DNA of 64,000 nt from Gemmatimonadaceae bacterium (GTDB taxonomy: Bacteria > Gemmatimonadota > Gemmatimonadetes > Gemmatimonadales > Gemmatimonadaceae), in assembly GCA_051859245.1 (NCBI GenBank), contig JBHYGA010000004.1, positions 1 through 64,000 on the forward strand, given 5' to 3'. The translations under genes and the position numbers were made by a program. The notes beneath the pieces were generated by a model. The model had not been told where the DNA came from and ran no database searches. It was given only the letters and a program-made list of their open reading frames with translations. Below, one piece after another: positions 58,124 to 64,000 of the stretch (within the stretch, counting starts at the first letter, position 1; each line of letters begins with the position of its first letter).

Positions 58124-60952
58124 TTACGGCGTGTCGCGGCCTTTCTGAACCTGCGGCACGCCGTCGACCATCCAGCGCGGCGCGGGCGCGTCTTTGAGAT
58201 GGTGATCAAAGAACTGACGCATGCGCACCTGAAAATCTTTCTGATTTTCTTTCTTCGCGAGATGGTGCGGTTCGCCGGGATACGACAGGAGAATCACGTC
58301 TTTTCCATTGCGACGCGCCGCCGAGTAGAGCTCGAGCCCCTGCATCCAGTCAACCGCCCCATCTTCGGTGCCGTGCAGAATCATGAACGGCACCTTGATG
58401 TTCTGCACATTGTGCACGGGTGACTGACTCTCGTAGAGCTCCTTGGCCGTCCACGGCGTGACACCGCGCCCCATGCGCACCTGTCCAACTTCAGAAATGC
58501 CCTGCTGAATGGTGCCGCTGCTGCGATAGAGTGTGCCGTAGAAACTCATCAGGTTGGTGGGTGGCGCACCCGTAACGACGGTACGGAACATGTCAGTCTG
58601 CGTGAGAATGAAGCTCGACTGATATCCACTCCAGCTGTGTCCCTGCAAGCCGATGCGCGCTGGATCAGCAAATCCAAGTTCAATCACTTTTTTCACAGCG
58701 CTCGTGACGCAATCAAGTGCGGACGAGCCGGGTTTGCCAATCTCGTACACCACATCGGGCTGCAGCACGAGATAGCCGTTACTGGCATACGTGCTGATGT
58801 GTGGACGGTCGTCGTACACCGGCATACTGAAGCTGTGATGCTGCTGCGACATTTTCTCGTAGAAGTACACGATCATCGGGTACTTTTTGCCAGGCTCATA
58901 GTTGGCCGGCAACGTGAGTGTGCCTTGCAACTTCTGGCCCTTGCTGTTGGTGTAGTCGACCAAGCGTTTGCTCCCCCACGCGTACTCAACCATCTGCGGG
59001 TTTGCATCGGTGATTTTTCGTGGGCTCGTAAAACGACGATCACTCACGTACCAATCGGGATATTCGGTAAAGCTGCCCTTTGTAAATGCAATGCGCGCAC
59101 CATTCTCTGACACCGTGTAGCCACCCATCGCGCGATCATCGTACACAAGCGGGGTGGGAGCCTTGTTTGGCGCCAGTTCGTAGTACCCGCTCTTCTTGGT
59201 CCATTCGCCGTACGCCGTGAGCAGCAACGGACGTGTGAGATCGATTCCACGCTCTTCATCGCCTCGGCGCGCCCCTTCTGCGTTTCGCACTATGCGAAAG
59301 CGGATCTGCTCTTTGTCACCCACGCCGCGCGTGAGGTTCACCGCGCGCGAGCCATCGAGTGCCAGCTGCCAGATGTCGAATTGATGATTGAGCAGGACGT
59401 GTTTTCCATCGGCGCTCCAACCGGCCACACCGTAGGTGGGAAGTTCGTAATCATGATCATCCGTCACGTCGACAAAACGTGTTTCGGTGGCGTTATCAAT
59501 GATCACATCACGGCCGAGTTCAAGATCGTACGCGTGTACGCGCTTGTCTTGCAGATACAGGAAGTAGCGACTGTCTGGTGATGTGCCCATCGTGCGCGAC
59601 AGTGACCTGGCAATGAGCGTGCGTTCGCCAGTCGTCAGATTTACGCGATAGTAATCCGCGCGACTGCCGCCCCATGCCACTTCGCCACGGTAGCTCGTAT
59701 CAATACGACCAATTCCCCACTTCTGATTGGTGGTGGGCTGCACGTTGCGCATCACGTCGTCACCGATCACGCGCAACAATCCCGACGACGGCGTAAAGCG
59801 CGCCGGATACGTGGCACGACGTTCCTGTGCAAGCCGTACAATCTGGACCGACTGTGGTTCCGGATCTTTCCAGTGCCACACATCAACATTGGCCACGGGA
59901 TCGTCGGATTTTTTGGCCTCGATGTCCTGCGATTTGGTACCGAGTAGCAGTGAGGTGCCGTCTGGTGCCCACCGCAGCGGTGCGAACTCGCTGATGACCT
60001 GCTCTGTCGGCAGATTGACGGCAGAATCTCCGCGGAGAACTGCCGCCTTCATCTGTGCGCTGCCAACATTGCTGAACGTGAGCAACGAGTTTACTCGCTG
60101 CACTTTCCCTTCGGGCTTAAGCCCGCGCAGCACCGCCAGATGTGATCCCTTGTCGCTCCACGAGAGCTGCGCATAATCGGCAGCAGCACCATCGAGCGGA
60201 CGAACAGCGCCCGTTGCCAGCGTCAGCAGATACACGCCGTTACCAAGCTTTTCGGCCGCGTCTACGGTGTACGCCAAATGCGCGCCGGACGCATCAAAAG
60301 CGTAGAGGCCTACGTTGCCGATATTTCGTGTGCTGCCCGTGGCAAGATCACGCACGATCAGGTCGGCGCCGTCGTGCTTGGCCGAGGCAACGGGCTTGGC
60401 GCCACGCACCGCGAGCCACGCGCCACCGTTGGCGAACGCAAAACTCGCCGCGTTTGGCATGCTGAATGTCTCGCCGGTGCCAAGATTGCGCGCTTCAAAG
60501 CGTCGTGCTGGTGTGGGTGCAGCAGCGGTCGCTGCTCCTGCCGTGCGCGCACGACGCGCGCGTTCCAGTTCCGCCGTGGTGGGATTGACATAGTAGCCCA
60601 CCCATCGCGAATCGTCGCTGAACACCGGTGCGCTGCCAACGGGAATCGTGTGCGTACGGTCGCCACTCAACGACTTCACATGCAAGACGGCGTCCCCTTC
60701 ATTCGGAGCATACACGAACGACATCCACTCGCCATTGGGCGACAGCGCGGTCGACGTCACACGTCGCCACTGCGCGTAATCGTCGAGTGAGAGTGTCTTG
60801 AGTGCGCTCGTTGATGCGATCGCTGCGGTTGTGGCGCGATTGGCGGTGGACGGCGCGTTCTGCGCGGAGAGCGAAGCGCCGAACAACAGGCAGAGCGGCG
60901 TGAATCGCAAGGCGCGTGGCGTGCGCGCGACGGACCGAGGCAGGCGGGACAT
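58124..60952 (-). CDS. S9 prolyl oligopeptidase family serine peptidase
   Basis: GHSWSG nucleophile, DGAVD and YPGEPH; N-terminal propeller. Confidence 0.92.
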   Translation of the reverse strand: MSRLPRSVARTPRALRFTPLCLLFGASLSAQNAPSTANRATTAAIASTSALKTLSLDDYAQWRRVTSTALSPNGEWMSFVYAPNEGDAVLHVKSLSGDRTHTIPVGSAPVFSDDSRWVGYYVNPTTAELERARRARTAGAATAAAPTPARRFEARNLGTGETFSMPNAASFAFANGGAWLAVRGAKPVASAKHDGADLIVRDLATGSTRNIGNVGLYAFDASGAHLAYTVDAAEKLGNGVYLLTLATGAVRPLDGAAADYAQLSWSDKGSHLAVLRGLKPEGKVQRVNSLLTFSNVGSAQMKAAVLRGDSAVNLPTEQVISEFAPLRWAPDGTSLLLGTKSQDIEAKKSDDPVANVDVWHWKDPEPQSVQIVRLAQERRATYPARFTPSSGLLRVIGDDVMRNVQPTTNQKWGIGRIDTSYRGEVAWGGSRADYYRVNLTTGERTLIARSLSRTMGTSPDSRYFLYLQDKRVHAYDLELGRDVIIDNATETRFVDVTDDHDYELPTYGVAGWSADGKHVLLNHQFDIWQLALDGSRAVNLTRGVGDKEQIRFRIVRNAEGARRGDEERGIDLTRPLLLTAYGEWTKKSGYYELAPNKAPTPLVYDDRAMGGYTVSENGARIAFTKGSFTEYPDWYVSDRRFTSPRKITDANPQMVEYAWGSKRLVDYTNSKGQKLQGTLTLPANYEPGKKYPMIVYFYEKMSQQHHSFSMPVYDDRPHISTYASNGYLVLQPDVVYEIGKPGSSALDCVTSAVKKVIELGFADPARIGLQGHSWSGYQSSFILTQTDMFRTVVTGAPPTNLMSFYGTLYRSSGTIQQGISEVGQVRMGRGVTPWTAKELYESQSPVHNVQNIKVPFMILHGTEDGAVDWMQGLELYSAARRNGKDVILLSYPGEPHHLAKKENQKDFQVRMRQFFDHHLKDAPAPRWMVDGVPQVQKGRDTP

Positions 60953-61072
60953 ACAAGATTCTCCGAGGGAAGGGCCACGCGGAACGGCGCGGCATCACCT
61001 CGAACATACGCCAGGAAACAAAAACGGGCGAACAGCGTGAAGCCATTCGCCCGAACATCTCCTCTCGACGCG

Positions 61073-61387
61073 TTAGTGCGTAGCCATCTTCCCAAACACC
61101 GTGTCGAGCGCGCTCTTGAGCTTGGTGGTCGCGCCAGCAACGGCCTTGTGGAGGTCTTCGGCGTGATGCGAGACAGCGGTTGGCTGTCGGCCGGCAATGC
61201 GCGCCTCCATCAGGCACCGCTTGTCATCGGCCCCGTGCTTGTGGCTGTTCTCGTCGCTGAGATGCACTTCGATGCGAGTGATGCGGTCCGAGAAACGGGC
61301 AATGCCATGTCGTACTGCCGCTTCCACGTCGTTAGCGAGGGCCTCGTGGCCCTCCACGCTGCTATCCGTGTTGACCAGAACATCCAT
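61073..61387 (-). CDS. HPF/RaiA family ribosome-associated protein
   Basis: RF..RITR.EVHLSDEN..K.G.DDKRC..EAR..G. Confidence 0.85.
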   Translation of the reverse strand: MDVLVNTDSSVEGHEALANDVEAAVRHGIARFSDRITRIEVHLSDENSHKHGADDKRCLMEARIAGRQPTAVSHHAEDLHKAVAGATTKLKSALDTVFGKMATH

Positions 61388-61504
61388 GTGAAATCCGCCT
61401 TGGAGTGAGACGTCGAACAGAATGGACGCAACGCGTCCGTGCACACGAGCTGTCGCAGTGATACCCCGCAGCCCGCATATTGAGCCGCGGTCACACCGAA
61501 CCGC

Positions 61505-62542
61505 TTATGGTGCTTCAACCGACAGCGTGATCGCGCGCACCGCGTTGTTGCCGTACCCCAACCGATTCCATTCTGCCGTATCAGGTTGCGTTGCGCCAGT
61601 GGAATCGGTGGCACGGCTTCGCAGCACCAGCCGACCCGCCGCCGGCATGGCACAGCGAAACACCCACGGTGTCCAGGCGTGCGCGCTTGCAGGCGCCTCG
61701 AGGTCGGCGCGTTCCCAGCGATCCCCGCCGCCCACGGCCACGTCAACCCGTGTGATGCTTCCGCCTCCAGACCAGGCCCAGCCGCGAACCTCAAGCTCGG
61801 AACCGATGACGACCGCATCCGGCGCGGGAGATGTGATCAACGACTTCACACGCATGCGCGTGACGGGGGTGTGCGCACCGTGTACATCGTACACGTATCG
61901 CTGCGCCTGAAAGTATCCTGTAAACGGCTCGGTCAGCAGCGACAGGCGTTGCACCCATTTCACATTGGCCATGCCATACCATCCGGGCACCACCAGGCGC
62001 ACGGGCGCACCGTGCATGGCCGGTAATGGCGCGCCGTTCATGTCATAGGCAAGCAGCGTATCGTGATCCATTGCGGCGGACAGTGGAAGTGACCGCGCGA
62101 AGCGCACGTCACGGCCATCGCGAGAATCGTCGCGCGGACCATGATCCGCGCCTTCGGCAAGTACTTCGATTGCGTTGGGCAACACACCAACCTGCGCGAG
62201 CACATCACGCAACCGCGCGCCACGCCAGCGAGCACTGCTCACCGCGCCGCTCGCCCATGGCTCGCCCGTTGGCAGCGGCTGCATGCCAAGACGATCGTTT
62301 CCCGCGCACTCCATGGTCACGAGGACCTCGTGTGCAGGCAATGCGCGCAGCGCCGGCAACGAAAGCTGCTGCGGCTGCGTCACGGCACCATCGATCTGCA
62401 GTGCGTACGCTTCAGGAGAAACCTGAGGCGTCGCAAAGTTGGATCGCACGTAGTGTGCTTCGTGAGGCGTTTCCTTCGCCGACAGTTCTGCGAGGGTCGC
62501 CTCGGCGTTGTACGGCTGCGTGTTTACCAGAAGTCGGGTCAT
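61505..62542 (-). CDS. Sulfite oxidase family molybdoenzyme
   Basis: YVRSNF, TMECAGN (Mo-ligand Cys), HGAPVRLVVPGWYG...VKW and a dimerisation domain. Confidence 0.92.
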   Translation of the reverse strand: MTRLLVNTQPYNAEATLAELSAKETPHEAHYVRSNFATPQVSPEAYALQIDGAVTQPQQLSLPALRALPAHEVLVTMECAGNDRLGMQPLPTGEPWASGAVSSARWRGARLRDVLAQVGVLPNAIEVLAEGADHGPRDDSRDGRDVRFARSLPLSAAMDHDTLLAYDMNGAPLPAMHGAPVRLVVPGWYGMANVKWVQRLSLLTEPFTGYFQAQRYVYDVHGAHTPVTRMRVKSLITSPAPDAVVIGSELEVRGWAWSGGGSITRVDVAVGGGDRWERADLEAPASAHAWTPWVFRCAMPAAGRLVLRSRATDSTGATQPDTAEWNRLGYGNNAVRAITLSVEAP

Positions 62543-62612
62543 CTCTCAAAGTTACTGGCGTCGCGTGCATGCGCGCCATTGTGACGGAGCCCGCGACACA
62601 CCATCATCTATC

Positions 62613-64000
62613 ATGCTCTCGTTCCTCGCCGAATTGTGGCCCGTGGTGGTATCCGTCGGGCACATCGTGGCTGCAATCGGCGTGACGATTGATGCTGTCT
62701 TGCGAAAGCGACAGGTGCCGGCGGTGATCGGATGGGTGGGGCTCGCGTGGCTGGCACCCATTATCGGCTCCATGTTGTACGTGGGGTTTGGCATCAATCG
62801 CATCAAGCGTGCGGCCAATGCATTGCAGCGTGAGCCGGTGCTCGGCGATACCGGTGAGTTCCGCGCCGCCATGGCCGGCGCCGAGTTCATGAACGCGCTG
62901 GCTACGCAGCATCCCACGCTTCCGGGACTCGCTCGCCTGGGGTTGCAGACCACCGGCAACCCGCTCATGCCAGGCAATCGCGTTACGCCGCTGCGTGATG
63001 GCGATGAAGCGTATCCTGCCATGCTTGAGGCAATCAACGCGGCGAAGAAAACGATCACACTGCTCAGCTACATCTTTGACAATGATGCCACCGGCGAGGC
63101 GTTTCTTCACGCGTTGACCTCGGCCGCAGCGCGCGGTGTTGAAGTACGCGTTTTGATCGATGACGTGGGCTCTCGCTACACGCGCCCCACCATGGCGTCA
63201 CGACTGCGGCGCGCCGGAATACCTGTTGCCACATTCTTGCCAACCCGACTGCCCCGCCTGTTCCGATACGCCAATCTGCGCAATCACCGCAAGATTCTCG
63301 TGATCGACGGACAGATCGGCTTTACCGGAGGCATGAACATTCGCGACGGACACTGGCTTGCAAAACAACCGAAAGAACCAGTACGGTGTTTGCACTTTCG
63401 TGTTGATGGCCCCGTCGTCTACGAACTGCAGCGTGCGTTCAGCGTGGACTGGGCGTTCTGCACGCGAGAAGCGCTCGACCGTGATCCATGGTTTCCGCGA
63501 CTCACCGAGCACGGTAGCGTGGTGGCCCGCGGTGTACCACACGGGCCGGACAGCGATCTCGAAAACATTCTTGAGCTGATCCTTGGCGCACTCTCCGCAG
63601 CGACACATCACGTGCGGATTATCAATCCGTACTTTCTGATTGACGAAGTGCTGCTGCGTGCGTTGCAGGTGGCGGCGATGCGCGGTGTCGCCGTTGACAT
63701 TGTCGTGCCAGCAAAGAGCAACCTGCCCATCATGGACTGGGCCATGACACCGCAATTCAGACCGCTGCTGGAGAAGGGATGTCGCGTGTTCCTTACACCA
63801 CCACCATTCGATCACACGAAAGCATTTACGGTGGACGGCCAGTGGAGCCTGATCGGCTCCACCAACTGGGATGCACGCAGCCTGCTGCTCAACTTCGAGT
63901 TCAATCTCGAATGTTTCGATGTCGCACTCACCGCGCAGCTCGACGCGCTCATTGACGAACGCATCGAGAGCGGCCGCGCGATTACGCTCGCCGAGTTGAA
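62613..64000 (+). CDS. cls: Cardiolipin synthase (3' end runs off the window; absent from the ORF track)
   Basis: Translated by hand: MLSFLAELWPVVVSVGH..., two N-terminal TM segments, HKD motifs NHRKILVIDG and DHTKAFTVDG. Confidence 0.92.
   Translation, partial: MLSFLAELWPVVVSVGHIVAAIGVTIDAVLRKRQVPAVIGWVGLAWLAPIIGSMLYVGFGINRIKRAANALQREPVLGDTGEFRAAMAGAEFMNALATQHPTLPGLARLGLQTTGNPLMPGNRVTPLRDGDEAYPAMLEAINAAKKTITLLSYIFDNDATGEAFLHALTSAAARGVEVRVLIDDVGSRYTRPTMASRLRRAGIPVATFLPTRLPRLFRYANLRNHRKILVIDGQIGFTGGMNIRDGHWLAKQPKEPVRCLHFRVDGPVVYELQRAFSVDWAFCTREALDRDPWFPRLTEHGSVVARGVPHGPDSDLENILELILGALSAATHHVRIINPYFLIDEVLLRALQVAAMRGVAVDIVVPAKSNLPIMDWAMTPQFRPLLEKGCRVFLTPPPFDHTKAFTVDGQWSLIGSTNWDARSLLLNFEFNLECFDVALTAQLDALIDERIESGRAITLAEL

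Noticed and set aside
63198..63815. 205-aa minus-strand ORF and the other track ORFs beyond 62550
   Set aside because: The real gene is the plus-strand cardiolipin synthase, missed by the track because it has no stop inside the window.
1..64000. CRISPR array, rRNA, integrase, transposase or reverse transcriptase
   Set aside because: No regularly spaced repeats with unique spacers, and no such motifs recognised in any ORF.

Overview
GC-rich bacterial chromosomal window. The gene content resembles Gemmatimonadota: a BTAD/TPR membrane regulator, a VPS10/BNR protein, many exported peptidases and GS type III. That taxonomic call is inference only. Most of the window is ordinary metabolism, transport and peptidase genes. 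The accessory part lies downstream of a minus-strand tRNA-Cys(GCA) (37039-37110), from about 19.8 to 37 kb. It contains two vapBC pairs, a three-member family sharing a domain I do not recognise, and a decayed duplicated block (tRNA 3' fragment / small gene / AraC; a VOC 3' end is also duplicated). That block brackets a compositionally foreign ~5-kb island encoding a lipoprotein S1 protease, a TPR-like protein and an AraC-like HTH protein. Most interesting signals: (i) an ABC ATPase with no canonical start codon that continues in frame through the UGA of an orphan MqsA-like gene, with an SD-positioned ATC and an ~18-bp hairpin right after the UGA; (ii) the TPR/HTH/protease island and its duplication scars; (iii) a 14-codon mini-ORF bridging vapB and vapC through two ATGA overlaps; (iv) a ~196-bp MITE-like element with a second copy at the window edge. 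I saw no CRISPR array, rRNA, integrase or transposase. All family calls come from motif recognition by eye; no database searches were run.
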